From the human T2T-CHM13v2.0 reference genome, Homo sapiens, in the NCBI RefSeq assembly GCF_009914755.1, contig NC_060929.1: a stretch of DNA of 64,000 bases. One strand, given 5' to 3'. The notes below the pieces were generated by a model, which had not been told where the DNA came from, did not search any database, and was given only the letters and a program-made list of their open reading frames with translations. This document shows positions 22,386-44,650 of this stretch, piece after piece. The position numbers and the translations under genes are program-made. How positions within the stretch are numbered: the stretch's first letter is position 1; the number at the start of each line of letters is the position of its first letter.

Positions 22386-22426
22386 TTCATTTTTCCTTTA
22401 ATGAAATTCATTTTTCCTTTAATGAA
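22386..22426. repeat. Tandem duplication, period 21
   Basis: TTCATTTTTCCTTTAATGAA twice. Confidence 0.9.
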
Positions 22427-23007
22427 GTACCAGTATTCTTCATAATATGGAACCTTGACACTTCAAGCTACCATTATTTAAGGTGTTAAATTTATAGGCA
22501 ATTTCAGCAAAGTAATTGATTATGAAGGATGAATTGCTGTTTGTTTTTATGACTGGAATTCTAAGAATCTGTTCAAGTTATGTGTTTTGGAGGAAGAGCC
22601 AGTTGCCTTGGTGATGGCTTTGGGAGACAAGGAAGAGTATGTGGGACTTTATGTTTGTGGCTTGAGCGGAATATATGGATTATGGTGTGATTTGTTGAGA
22701 TGACGAAGACTGAGGAAGCAGTGTATCTAGTATTGTCAATTCAGGTTGGACACGTTAGATTTTAGGCGTGTTTTGTCTACTGTGTTAAGGCTTATAGGTT
22801 TATTTGGACGCTTTTAGATGAACTATATCTTAGGTTAAAAACAGACCTGAGGTCACACAGCTAGTCATTTGCAGAATTTGAACTTCAGCTTCTGACTCTT
22901 AAGTCCATGTTTGTTATCCCCTTATGCTATATTATATCCTCAAGGCAGAGAAACATGCTTGGCTGTGACAATACTAAAATGTTCCCTGGGAGCTATTAGA
23001 AATACGT

Positions 23008-23262
23008 AGCAGAGTTTGCAAGCTCAGATGTCTGCAGGGTACAGACAAGTAATTGTGAGCCAGGTTGTAACATAAAGGAGAGTGGCGACTTCTGTGGAGA
23101 ACTGCAAAGTCCCATCCACAGGGTTAGTTAGCTGCTAATCAGCTCCAGAAGATTGTTTCCATATGGGAATGTGGGGCCAGTATTGCCAGATATTCTGATT
23201 TTTCAAGAGAGGTCCAAAATCTGGATTTTCATGTAAAGTCCTGATTTATAAATGTAGGCAGT
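23008..23262 (+). mobile_element. MER102-like hAT-Charlie fragment
   Basis: CAGCTCCAG, GGGAATGTGGGGCCAGTATTGCCAGAT, GATTTTTCAAGAGA, TCTGGATTTT. Confidence 0.75.
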
Positions 23263-24039
23263 TATCCTTTAACCATGCAGACCAACCTAGTGTGGGTCCA
23301 CCAAAGGTATCTGTCTGCTGGATTCTGCCCGGTGGGTAGATATAATGTGGAAGCAACAATAAATTTATATGGTGGGAAAAGTGTGTTAACTGTGTATAAT
23401 AAGCACGTTATGGTGTTGAAATGCAGGTTGCTTAGGTTAAACATGGTGCTTAGTGAGCCTAGTGTTTGAGTTCAGTCTTTATATGGATCAGTTAATTATA
23501 GATGGGGGAGGGGGAATTGCTCTCTGTAGCTTTTTGCCTCCTAATTGCATGCTTTCATTTGCAGATAGGGCCAGATTTGAGTGTGTGAATTTTTGAGTGA
23601 AACCTGGAACCCAAATGAGAAGAAATCTGCAAGGAATAACTACTGACAGTGAATCTGCGGTCATCTGTATGCATAATATGGAATGTTCTTAACCCAGAAG
23701 TAGCTGAATGTGTTACTCCATTGCTGAGGAGTGGTAAGTCTGATAATCTCCACTGATAATTAAATAACCTAAACCCTTTCCATAAAAAGAGGATGACTAC
23801 TTCTACATTCTTAGCATTTGCTGACATTAATTTTTATATTACAGAGGAGGACAGCAGTGCAGTTTAAGGGAATTCTTTATCCCTAACATCATGTTTAATG
23901 TCTGATTTCAGAGTTTGGCTTGCTTCTTCCAGTTAGGCACATCCTTTCCTTTGCCTAGGCATTTTTCTCTATTATTTGTTCTTCAGTCCGAGGCCTGAAA
24001 TACTGTATTTGAAATATTCAGCCAGCGCTGAAATGATGG

Positions 24040-24460
24040 TCATGATAGTTACCAGCATCCATTTTAATCTTAGTTGTGGTAGGTCTCATTCTCTTTGGGA
24101 GTGATTGTTTTAGGAATGGACATGAGAAACAGTTTTGTCCAATGAGAGACAAAAGGGACATCTGCAAGAGGCTTTTGGGGAAATCTTTCTTGCTTTTGTG
24201 AAAAGGAAGAAAATAGATGGTCCCTCTTCTCCGCAGAGCTGATATTACGTAGATGTGATGTGTGGAAGTGCTGGAGCCATCTTTTTAGTAGCCTGAAGGT
24301 GGTGCCTTATGTGAAGGAGGGAGAACCAAGGGAACTGGAGAAAAGTAGAACTAGAGTTCCATTTACCATGCCTATAGCCTCTCTATCTGAATTTTCTTAT
24401 TGTTTAAGCAGTTTTGCCTTGAGATTTCCTGTTATTTGCTATAGAAATTATCTAGATTTA
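24040..24460 (+). mobile_element. MaLR LTR (MLT1J-like)
   Basis: CATGAGAAACAGTTTTGTCCAATGAGA...GAGGCTTTTGGGGAAA; boundaries approximate. Confidence 0.6.
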
Positions 24461-25500
24461 TTTGGTTTCTTCCTTTTTTGATTACTCAAAGCCATGTTTT
24501 TTAGTGTCGCACACATTTCTACTTGATCATGTTCTTTGTAGCCCCTTACAAGCTTTATGAAGTCAAGGGGTATGTTTATATTCCTATTGTATCTGACTCT
24601 AATACTTCTTAATGATGTCATCAATACATGTTTGCTTAACTGAATTACTTGATAAGTATTTGAAAAACCAATCCGTAGAATCTAATAATTACAGAGATTT
24701 TTTTTTTTAAATTCACATCCTTTTCTTTACCCACACTGCTTCCCTCTAGGATTATGAGTGAAGTTTGTTTTTTCTTTAAGACTTCCAGTATGTAACACAT
24801 GTTCAAGTGGTTAGTTCTACTCCAGACAATGTTGCCTTTTGTTTTTGTCCAACTTTACCGTCAGAACCAGGTTCTCTCCTTTATGTTTGAGTATTGGCTT
24901 TCAATCTAATAAATGGAATTTCACTTTCTTCTTCATTATAAAAACAGAATAGTTTGCCTTCTATTTTCTGTGATAATTATAGGAATGAGGGACGTCAATA
25001 GTAAGAAGCATAATTCAGGAATAATTTGTATTTGGCTTTGGAATGCACATTCACAGAAAGATTCCCTAAAGTGTGCATCCCCACTCTGTTCTTAGGACTG
25101 TGTGTTTTGGGGGAGGTGGAGGGAAGTTTGGCGGTGATGTAGTAAGAGGGATCTTGGGCCATAGGATGGATGATCTAGTTGCTTATGTTTTAAAGCTCTG
25201 TGAAACAAATCATTTTTTTTTTTTGACCTGGCTCTAGATATAAATGTTTCTTTCTATCTTTTCTTTTAAATCTTGTTATTATAATCTTGAAAAAGTATGG
25301 AATGAGAACCTCTTTTTCTTCTTGAAAATCTGTGGTGTTACTTTCAGTTATGGTAAAAGGAAAAAGATAAAACCTGTGTTATGATTTTACCAGGTAATCT
25401 GGTAGTATATTTTGAATCCTTCAAAAAGAGATTTACATTCAGGGAAGAATTCACTTTTTTTTTTTCTTGATCGATTCTGATGAAAATCTGGGAGAATACC

Positions 25501-25834
<334 letters not shown>

Positions 25835-25969
25835 TAACTTTTTAAGAAGATAGAGAAAGTTGTATGATGCACTTTACCCATCAATTTAAATGCAGTAGTA
25901 CCATTATTTAGTAATACAGGAAATTTAAATCATTAAGGTCAACTTTAATGTGCTGTATTTCATATATAT

Positions 25970-26363
25970 TTTGTAGGAATGGAACATGTTTCCTACCTAA
26001 GACAGTCATGGCAGGCATGCACCTTAAGCTAGATCAAGCAGAGTGAATCTTAGGATATTTGCTAGGAATGCTGAGATGAAGGCACTTATTTTTATGAATT
26101 TCAACCTGAAAACATAGTTATTGAATTCCTGGCAGCTATCTTTTGACCATGAAAGGAAATTTAGTTGATTAAGAAGCCAACACTGAGTGAGTAGAGCAGA
26201 GAAAAGCCATGCCCTAGTTACTCCATTTGAGCTGCTGGATCAACCCTTCCCTGAAGCTGCTGTACCTCTAGACTTACAGTTGCATGAGCCACTAAATTTC
26301 ATGTTTAATCCAATTGGCTTTGGATTTTGTCTTACATTTTTGTGAAAACTTTCTAGCTGATAC
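25970..26363 (+). mobile_element. MaLR LTR (MLT1K-like)
   Basis: GAGCTGCTGGATCAA, CCTGAAGC, CATGAGCCA, ends CTGATACA. Confidence 0.6.
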
Positions 26364-26455
26364 ATCTTTCTCAACCCTCAATTATACATCTGCATAATGA
26401 GAACTCAAGGGACTTAATAAAACTTGAATTGTGAGTTAGGTAAGGATGCCTCTGA

Positions 26456-26766
<311 letters not shown>

Positions 26767-27358
26767 GAGTTGGGGGTGTAAGGTAGGAGAAAGGTCGATA
26801 TGACTTTTCCCCCCACCCTCAGTGCCTCACTTCATTCTGGTTTTCCAAGCCTGTAGTTCACCACTAATTTTGAGTTCTTGTATGGAATGGAATTCGAAAC
26901 CACTTACTTCAGCTGCAGTTGTTTTCTTACCCTAGGGCCATAGAAAGTAGTTTGGAGTATAGTTTCTGCCTCTGTGAAGAAATTTTCTTGGTCTTCTCAA
27001 CAAGGATAAATTTATATTGATATCTAATATAGTTAGGCTGTTGTACCCCCATAGACAGAGCTTGCACTCTGTATACTGGCTTCCTTTGCCCCTTAGCAAG
27101 CACCACTACTCTTTCCTTTGACATGCAGTATTGTTTCTCAAAAAGTAGATCTCTTATAGCAGAATCACCCAGGACCCAAAAGAATACTTAGAAACTGACC
27201 ATCGTAATTCAGTATCTGAAAAATATTGTTCTCTTCCAGTCTGTAACATCCCGATAAAATTTTTAAAAGGATTTTTAAAGATTAGTTGAATCTAAAATTT
27301 ATAAGGAAAAAAATAAGGAAGATTATCCAGAAAAATTCTTTAAAAGAATGAGCATTTA

Positions 27359-28344
<986 letters not shown>

Positions 28345-28967
28345 CTAAAATTACAGCAATTAATACATTATAATTCTGGTAGATAGATCAGTGGTACAGA
28401 ATAAAAAGAGTCCCAAATTCATATGGAAATTTAGAATATGATGAAAGCACGTATCGGATCAGTGGAGAAAATTATTTTTTTTCTTTCTGGCAATATTATA
28501 GCTGGGTAGCCATCAGAAAAAATCAGATCCTTATCTTCAGAGGAAGAAAATGAATTTTTCCTCTTTATATTCTTGGAGTTAGGGAAGCCTTCTTAGAAAA
28601 CGTGTTTTGAAAGAAATGTAGGTATTCTAATGCCTTATTAGAGGGAGTATAAGTTGGCACATTCCTTTAGGAGATTGGAAAACATCTGCCAAATTTAAAA
28701 TGCCTACTGAACATTTAAATGTACATGCTCTTTAATACATCAGTTTCACTTCTTGGAATTTATCTTATGGTTAAATTCTGTAGCTTTTGGGTTTAGTTCA
28801 TCATATTCTCACTTGTGTGAATATACAGGGTTAGTTTTTGCAGTACTGTAATAGTGAAGTATTAGAAACAACTCAACTTCCGTCTGTGAAAGATGACCTA
28901 TATCAGTATGATACAAATGCAGCCTTTAAAACTTAAAAGAGGCAGTTTTTTAAAAGTTACTGATATT

Positions 28968-29080
28968 AGCTGGGTGTAGTGGCACATGCTGATAGTCCTA
29001 GTTATTTGGGAGGCTGATAGGGAAGGATTGTTTGAACTCAGGAGTTCAAATCCAGCCTGGGTAACATAGATCTCATCTCT
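28968..29080 (+). mobile_element. FLAM monomer
   Basis: Single Alu monomer; TSD core TACTGATATT. Confidence 0.8.
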
Positions 29081-29206
29081 TTAAAATGGTACTGATATTG
29101 CCTGATTTCTAAGATAAAGTGTTAAGTGAAAAAGGTGCCCGTGATGTATAATGCTACATAAAAATATTTCAAAAAAGAATATACATATATGCTGGTATAT
29201 TCATAA

Positions 29207-30605
<1,399 letters not shown>

Positions 30606-30613
30606 CCCAAATA

Positions 30614-30912
30614 TTTTTTTTTCTTCTTTCTTTTGAGACAGGCTTTCACTCTGTTGCCCAGGCTCGAGTATAATGGACAATCGTGACTCACTGCACCCTC
30701 AACCTTCTGGGCTGAAGCAGTCCTTCCACATTAGCCCTCCAGGTAGCTGGGACCACAGGCATGTGCCACCACACCTGGCTTTTTTTTTTTTTTTAGTAGA
30801 GACAGTGTCTCTCTATGTTGCCCAGTGTCATCTCAAACTCCTGGGCTCGAGCAATCCTTCCACCTTGGCATTCAAGTGTTGGGATTACAGGCATGAGCCA
30901 CTGTGCCCGACC
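30614..30912 (-). mobile_element. AluJ
   Basis: Diverged dimeric Alu. Confidence 0.88.
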
Positions 30913-33680
30913 CCCAATCTATATTTTTAACAAGTATTTTAATTATATATTTCTTCTATATTTAAAAAGCTTATGAAGTTATGAAGTACATTTAAGTTAA
31001 TGATTTCAGTTTTATTACTAAAAAATACAACTAGTAGCCACTTTTTAGAATTGTATCTGAATGTGCTTTGTTTCTGTAACTTGAAGTGCATGTTTTATAA
31101 TGAGATCCTCAAGGGATTGTACCTCTCTCTCTCTGGTTTTTTTTTTTTTTTTTTTTTTTTGTATTTAAATGTGAGTCACCTAGGGAACAGACTAGGATAT
31201 GTGTACTTAACCCTAGGTAATTTTGCTAACCTTAATTCTTTTCTCTGACACAGTTAAAATTCTAAGGTTCTGCATGTTAGAATTCCAGTAGTGTACCAAC
31301 ATCTAAAATAATGTGTTTTAATGAAAAACTCTGTGTCATTTTACTTTACATGAGAGGATTTGATCTGTTTGTTTACTTTTAATTGAAAATAGGTTTATCT
31401 TTATGGTCTTGACAGTTGTGTGTTAACTTTTCTCACAAGATGAATTTAATCATAAATTGTTCAAGAGCAAGATCAGTTGTTAAGAATTTTATCCAGAGAC
31501 AAAAGTACATGAGATTCTAGTAAAAAATGGAAAGGAATGTAAATTGTCTTTAAATTTTTTCCTGCTTTTTCAAGAAAATTTTAGGGGTGTGAGTGTTCTA
31601 CAACAAAATTAATAGCTTATAAAGTATTTTACATTTTGAGTAAATTACTTGAAGTTCTTGTTTTTCTGACTTGAAGTTTCTGAAATTATTCTGAAATTGT
31701 TATTGCAGAGTACCTATTTTTTCTTCCAAGTATTTATTCTTTAGAAGTATTATTTCTAAAATCACATCACTGTATGAATATCCAGCTGTAGCCTGTGACT
31801 ACATTATGAGTATTAGAAGTCATTTTTTAATAACTTTTGCCAGACCTGAAGGTTCATTACTGTGCAGCTCTCTCCTTCATGGCTGTTTTTATTTGGATAT
31901 TTAAGGGTGAGCTGCTGTCTTCATTATATTTGGTGTGTGACTTGGTAGAGAAGGGCACAAGTAGTGGTATGGCTTGGGAAGGGTGGGAGTTTAATCCTCA
32001 TTGTGAGTTTTGAGAAAAGATAATGAAATCCTTTATATCCCTTTCCGTAGACCTGCATTTCAAAGACTTACATTTTAATAAGAATTAGTTGTGCAGCTGC
32101 AACCCTGGCAACAAGGCCTAGGAGAAAAGAATTGGGGCAGCATTCCAGAAATCAGGGCAGGCACTGGTCTCATGTGGGACTGAGCTAATGAAACATAAAA
32201 ATATAAAGCATGTAGTAAAAATAAGACCAATACTTTCTTTGGCATGGTAGATACTGACATTTTTCCACACATTTTTTTTAAAAAGTCCAAAAGCTCATAA
32301 GCTGCACATTCAATAAGAGTAGCTATATTATCTTCTCCTTTAGTATAAAAAAATACCCCAGATACTCTTGGAAGTTAATATTTCTGTGAATTATATCCAA
32401 AATGTAATTGTTCTTGGCCCACTCTTGGTGAAGTCCAGACGTTTTCAAAACATGGGGTACGAAATTTGTCAGATAAAGTTTAGAAACAAGGTTTTAGGTT
32501 TTAAACTTTAAAAATCAAATGCTCATATCAGTTTTAATGTAAATTTCTCATAGTTACTGGACTCTTTAGATGCCCTTAAATAATAAAATTTGTTAAATAT
32601 ATTCTCTGAATACTGTGACAATGGCTACATAATCTATTATCTAACCATAATTTAATTATTACCTGGTTGTTACGTGTTTAGGTTGTGTTGGAGTTTTCCC
32701 TCTTATAATAAGAAATATTGCAAGAAAACATTTTTGTGTGTATAGGTATTTTGCTTTCTTTTGGACTAGTCAGGATTACTTTTGGATTTCCAGAAGTGAT
32801 AATGATGCATTAAATGTGAAAATTTTGAATACTTTCTAAAAGCACTACCAATCTACACAGCTACTATAGTGTGTATGCAGTTGCTAGTTTCTCTGCTTCT
32901 TTATCAACATTGAATATTTGAATAGATATGAAATGGTAGTTGAATTTTTTAATTTTTCACTTTTTAAATTAGAAACTTGGAATATTTTAAAAGCAGCTTA
33001 CCAGCTTCCCCTTTGTGGATTTTAAAATTTGCGTCCTTTTCCCATTTATCTATTGGAGATCCATTAAGTGGTTTTTTTTTTTTTTGAAGTAGTAGTCCTA
33101 AGAATCTCTCAAAATTGAGTGTGGTAAACTTCCTATTCATTCTGTACACTCATAGCAAATGGTATAATATGTGCCAGGCTCTATTTTAGCCTGAACAAAA
33201 CAGCTGATGTAGTTGCAAACTCCTAGAGCTAAAGGGACTCTTAAATATCATGTTCATTTTTTACCCAAGGAAACTGAGGTCCCATCTCATGTTATATGAT
33301 CAGTAATTAACCTTAGAGAATGGTGGCTGAACTGGAATTAAAGTTCTGTCAGCAATGTTGCCTCCCTACTATTCCATATATCTCTTCTTTCCTCTTCCTA
33401 ATATGATAATCAGATTTCCCTTTCACTACATACTGCTTCTTCTATTGTATTTGTAGATTCCCATTGGTTTAAGCAAATCAGCCTAATCCTAGTCTTGGTT
33501 CAAGGAACCTGTTGGCTCATGCCATTACTTTGGTCACAATAATTGGTTCAGGAGTGACCAAGTCAGCAAAAATTGATCCAGTTAGAGGGTAGTCTTGAAT
33601 TTTCATTACTGTTAACGTCTGAGTATTTTAAAATTTTCTTAATGTTTTTACGTTTTAATCTGAGTTAGTAATATATTTAG

Positions 33681-33929
<249 letters not shown>

Positions 33930-34354
33930 CCAAATGAGATTTTTAAAACCATCTTTTTGTCATTAATTTCTAGTTTTATCCCATTATTGTAAGATAATGC
34001 AATGTGTATGGTTATTGATCTTGTGTTTTGGGCCATGCTTTTTGGGCTATTATATGACCTATCTGTGTATATGCTATGTGCTTATGCAAATAATATGTAT
34101 TCTCTGATTTTATTGCTTGGATCTTCAATATATCTGCTTATACTGTTTTTGATCAGTTGAGTGTTAATATTTCCAACTGCAATTGATTTTAGCTTTTTCT
34201 CCCTCCATTTTCTACAGTTGTTTCTGACATATATTGAGACTTTGTTTGATGTGGATGTGTTCATGATGATTATGTGGTTTTGTTCTACTATTTTTATAAA
34301 TATGTAATATCTCACTTTGTCCTTCTTGATATTTTTTACCTTAAATTTTGTTAT

Positions 34355-34494
34355 ATTTATTTTTTATTATGTTTATTTTTTTAGGGAGACAGAATCTGCC
34401 TATGTTGGCTAGGCTGGTCTTGAACTCCTGGACTCAATCATTCTGCCTTGGCCTCCCAAAGTGCTGGAATACAGGCATGAGACCATGGTTGGCC
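34355..34494 (-). mobile_element. FLAM monomer
   Basis: Monomer; TSD CCTTAAATTTT. Confidence 0.8.
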
Positions 34495-34977
34495 TGCCTT
34501 AAATTTTATTAAGATTGCTATGTTAGCTTTGTTGTGGTTCATATTTGTTTGGTTTATCCTTTCTTAAGTATTACTCATATTGCTCTGTCATTTTTTAACC
34601 TGGCATAAAAAATGTTTTATACTAATTTGTCTTTAAATTGGCAAGTTCAACTCATTTACATTATTGTAATTACTGTTCTAATTGGGTTTAATTTTCATCC
34701 CTTTCCCTTTTGACTAACTCCATTCCTGCTTTTCATTGGGTAAGTTGAAATTTTTTCTATTTTTGTTCTTATGATGATTGCCCTTTAGACCCATTCCTCA
34801 GTTTACTTCTGTATATTTCTTACTTTTAAAATGGCTTTTTCTTCCCCTAAATATGACAGATACTCTAGCATTCTCATACGTTCTTTTAATGTGTCTCCTG
34901 ACTCCCCATCCCCAGTGAGTATATTGCTGGTATTTTAGATCACTTTTTATGGCTACTAAGGCATTTGACTACTTTTA

Positions 34978-35019
34978 CTTTCTTTATCTCTTGGAGTGCT
35001 TTCTTTATCTCTTGGAGTA
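34978..35019. repeat. 21-bp tandem duplication
   Basis: CTTTCTTTATCTCTTGGAGT(G/A) twice. Confidence 0.9.
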
Positions 35020-35195
35020 CCTCCTATATTTCTTTTTCTTTTGAGTATTCTTCCAAATGTGCAGTTAGTGGGCTTTATGTGACCCTCTGAGGCTTTGTAT
35101 GTTGAAAATATTTTTGTCTTAACATCATATTGGAATGATGTTTTGGATGTAAAATTCTAAGTTTAAAGTTACTTTAATTCAAAACTTTTAAAATA

Positions 35196-35822
35196 CAGGT
35201 CAAGAGTCCCTTTCCTGGTATTCTAAAACCAAATAATCAAAGGGTTTTTCATAATTTATTTGACTACAACACACAAACCAAACTGGTATGAGGCTACTTA
35301 CGGATTTTATTCATCTCATTTAGTGTTAATGTTTATAGATTTTGCTTCAAGATATTAATGAGTTAAATTATGGGTTAGTGCCTTAGATGCTGTTGTGGAT
35401 GTTACATAATATGTGATATACATACAAACACCATATTATCTTTATATACTCTGAAAAATCATTGTTTTGGTCTGTTTTGTGCTGCTATAACAAGATACCA
35501 CAGACTGGGTAATTTATAATGAACCAGAAGTGTATTGGCTCATGGTTTGGGAGGCTGGGAAGTCCAAGATCAACGGGCCAACATGTTGCTGTGGCAGAAG
35601 GCAGAAGGGAGAGAGAGAACATGAGTGAGAAGATAGAACTCCCCTTTTTATAATGAACCCATTGAAATGGGGCACATAGTCTTAAATATGATGACAGCAT
35701 TAATCTTTTGGGGATTTGGTTTCCAATGCATGTTTTTTTGGGGGATACATTCAAACCATAGCAATTCTGAATTCTGAAAAAACCCCTGCTGCAAGGATTA
35801 TGGATAAAGGATTGTGGATTTA
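35196..35822 (-). mobile_element. MER46C-like Tigger relic interrupted by an MST LTR
   Basis: TA-CAGGTC start, GGATAAAGGATTGTGGA end, TTCTGAATTCTGAAA. Confidence 0.7.
35463..35763 (-). mobile_element. MaLR solo LTR (MSTC/D-like)
   Basis: GCTGCTATAACAAGATACCACAGACTGGGTAATTTATAA...CATTCAAACCATAGCA. Confidence 0.85.
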
Positions 35823-37183
35823 CACTACCCCATCCTGTGTCCAGTGTCACTTTTTGTGATATCTAATATTAATCTTATTCTTTTACTTTTGGCATTACTG
35901 TGTTCTTTTTTTTCCAGCCTTTGAGATTTTTTTCTTTGATAATCTTAAATTTTCTAGGAATGGGCTCTTCTGTTATTTGGCTGTTTGAGGCTTTACATTC
36001 TTCACTTCTTTTATCTTTAATTCTGGGAAGTTATTATTTCTTGAAATGTTTATTCTTCCCTAGAAATGTTTCATTTCCCTCCCTCTTTCTGGAACTCTGT
36101 TACCTGGATATTGTCTGTTTTACATATTCAGTATTTCTACTTGATCCTTTTTCATGGTTTCCTGTTTTGGCTTCATATACTTATATCTTCCATTGACTTT
36201 CTAGGGACACATTCTTGGATCATTCATTCCAGTAATACTGCTTCAGATGGCATAAGTTGTTTAGTGAGTCATCCTTCTTTCACAGTAGTTTATGTTATAG
36301 ATGTGTCTATTTGTCTGTGTCCCTTGCGGGGTATTAGTCACTTAGTCTAATAATATCTGTTAGGGAATTTATGTCCAGGTGAGTTTAAGGAAAGGAAGGA
36401 CTTGGGACCCAGGTCAAATAGCCGCCACCTGGCACCATTGAAGTGCTGTCAAGTTCTGTTGGCTGCTACTGCATCAGGCAAATTCTGATTGGGATTTGTT
36501 TTTACACTCATATAAATAAATAATACTGGATACTGGAAAGAGGTTATCTCCTTAGATTATAACTCACTACCAGCCCTGTAGCTCCCCTGCCCCTTGTACA
36601 AGGTGGGGGCACAGAGAGGGGCGGGAAGAGTGAATGCCAAGAGGATGGCTTATTAGTCTGTGTCTGCTTTCCTGAGCTTTCCTCTCTAAGGCTTCTGTGC
36701 CACCCTGATTTTAAACTGCTGACAAAGACATCTAGGCTGTTGCTGCCAATTTCTGTGGCTAAGGGGCAATCAAGGGGGAGGGAAAGGCAAAATCTTAAAG
36801 AGCTTTTAGCATATCTCTCTTTTAAGTCCTACCTCTGCTTCCCTTTGCTTCAGGCTCCAGGTTACCAGTTTCCTTTCAGAAAAGTTAAGTACAGCTTTTG
36901 GTATCACCAGCAGTTTTTGTTCCCTTTTGTTGTTGCTGCCATTATTGTTCTTGGAATCCAGATTTACTTCTGTTTTTTTCTTCCCTACGGTTGATTTTGT
37001 TGGAAGGGACCAGAAGTCCATGACAGTTGTTCCTCTTGGTAAGAATTGGATGACTTCATTTGATCCAAGAAAGATAGTTAAACAAGATTTCCTCGAAGCA
37101 CATAAAAATCTTTAATTGAAGAGTATAGGCATACAAAATATACACAAGCTATATGAAAATAATCATAAGAATTAAGAGTTCCA

Positions 37184-37900
<717 letters not shown>

Positions 37901-38111
37901 GGAGGAATAACCAAGAATAACTAATACCACACAAGGTTATTAGAGTTTTTTTTTCTGTTCCTGATTGTTGCTTTTAGGAGAATGTCATTAGTTCTTGGCT
38001 TCTTAGGGAATCTTTTCCTTATCCCTCCCATCTGAAGGGGATTCCCTGTAGTAGAGGGATATCATGTACTTCTTTTTCAGTTCACTTTTATAATAATATT
38101 TTTCCCCATGA

Positions 38112-38645
<534 letters not shown>

Positions 38646-39746
38646 CTTTAGAGCAATCCTGGAAAGTTGGTATAATTCTCATAAATGAAAACTTTGATTC
38701 AGAGAGGCTATTGAATGTCACTTATCTAATCAGTTGTGAAATCTATTTTGAACACAGGTTTTGCCAATGTCAAATTCACGGAAATTCTACGTACTATATA
38801 TTTTTTATGTTGGAATTAATGTATTAAGTATTTATTTGTAAATACTGAGACAAGTTACCAAGTCAAATGCAACAGAGAATGTTAATTCACATTCTACCTC
38901 AATAATGCTTATAAGAATCAACATAATTATAATTTAAAATAACATTGAAATAGATTAAACTAACATTTCCCTATATTCTTAAAAAAGAATAGAGAGAAAA
39001 TGCTCTGTCTTAAATTACTGTGTCTGAGCTGTGGGTTCATCATTTCCAAAGTAAGGATAATACCGCTTAGGATTACAAAAATTAAATGAGATTATATTTG
39101 TCAAAGTATATAGTGAAATATATGATTAACATTCAATTTTTTTTCCACATCATGGCTTTATAATCTAGTTGGACTTTTCTTTATAATCTAGGGAAATTTT
39201 CTATCTGTGATTTTTTAAAATGTAGAACATACAAAAAGAACAGAGAATCCAAGAATACTGAATCTCTTATTTGACCCACTGTGATTTGTGTAGGTTTATG
39301 GACCAGAAAGGAGAAATAGTTCATGTTCTTTGACAACTGGTTAGTATTTTCTGTTTATGAAATCTTCCACATCATAACATCATTATCAAAGCTTTCTATT
39401 ATTACAGGCTCTTTTTTGAGTATGAAAATAAAGATCATTTCAAATACCACATTTAAAAACATTTTTCTCCAATATTGTTCACGATTCTGACTGTACAGGG
39501 TTATACAAAAACCTTGAACATTTATTTATTTATTTTTTATTGTTATACTTTAAGTTTTAGGGTACATGTGCACAACGTGCAAGTTTGTTACATATGTATA
39601 CATGTGCTGTGTTGGTGTGCTGCACCCATTAACTTATAATTTAGCATTAGGTATATCTCCTAATGCTATCCCTCCCCACTCCCCCCACTCCACAACAGTC
39701 CCCGGTGTGTGATGTTCCCCTTCCTGTGTCCATGTGTTCTCATTGT

Positions 39747-43571
<3,825 letters not shown>

Positions 43572-43634
43572 TATGATGTTAGCTGGTTATTTTGCTCGTT
43601 AGTTGATGCAGTTTCTTCCTAGCCTTGATGATCT

Positions 43635-44650
43635 TTACAATTTGGCATGTTTTTGCAGTGGCTGGTACCAGTTGTTCCTTTCCATGTTTAGTGCTTCCTT
43701 CAGGAGCTCTTTTAGGGCAGGCCTGGTGGTGACAAAATCTCTCAGCATTTGCTTGTCTGTAAAGGATTTTATTTCTCCTTCACTTATGAAGCTTAGTTTG
43801 GCTGGATATGAAATGCTGAGTTGAAAATTCTTAATTCTTTAAGAATGTTGAATATTGTCCCCCACTCTCTTCTGGCTTATAGAGTTTCTGCCGAGAGATC
43901 TGCTGTTAGTCTGATGGGCTTCCCTTTGCGGGTAACCCAACCTTTCTCTCTGGCTGCCCTTAACATTTTTTCCTTCATTTCAACTTTGATGAATCTGACA
44001 ATTACGTGTCTTGGAGTTGCTCTTCTCGAGGAGTATCTTTGTGGTGTTCTCTGTATTTCCTGAATTTGAATGTTGGCTTGCCTTGCTAGATTGGGGAAGT
44101 TCTCCTGGATAATATCCTGCATAGTGTTTTCCAACTTGGTTCCATTCTCCCCGTCACTTTCAGGTACACCATTGAGACGTATATTTGGTCTTTTCACATA
44201 GTCCCATATTTCTTGGAGGCTTTGTTCGTTTCTTTTTATTCTTTTTTCTCTAAACTTCTCCTCAAGCTTCATTTCATTCATTTCATCTTCCATCACTGAT
44301 ACCCTTTCTTCCAGTTGATCGCATCGGTTACTGAGGCTTGTGCATTCGTCACATAGTCCTTGTGCTGTGGTTTTCAGCTCCATCAGGTCCTTTAACGACT
44401 TCTCTGAGTTGATTATTGTAGTTATCCATTCATCTAATTTTTTTCAAAGTTTTTAACTTCCTTGCCATTCGTTCGAACTTCCTCCGTTAGCACAGAGTAG
44501 TTTGATCTTCTGAAGCCTTCCTCTGTCAGCTCGTCAGTCATTCTCTGTCCAGCTTTGTTCCGTTGCTGGTGAGGAGCTGCGTTCCTTTGGAGGAGGAGAG
44601 GCGGTCTGATTTTTAGCGTTTCCGGTTTTTCTGCTCTGTTTTTTCCGCAT
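43635..44650 (-). pseudogene. L1-B ORF1, disrupted
   Basis: Premature TAA at 43877-43879 after SAETL; no continuous ORF from the ATG at 44650. Confidence 0.95.

Noticed and set aside
30950-33200. Long AT-rich, mostly non-repeat stretch as a host exon region (also 63200-64000)
   Set aside because: No acceptor-ORF-donor unit or recognisable peptide found; the host gene cannot be named from the sequence.
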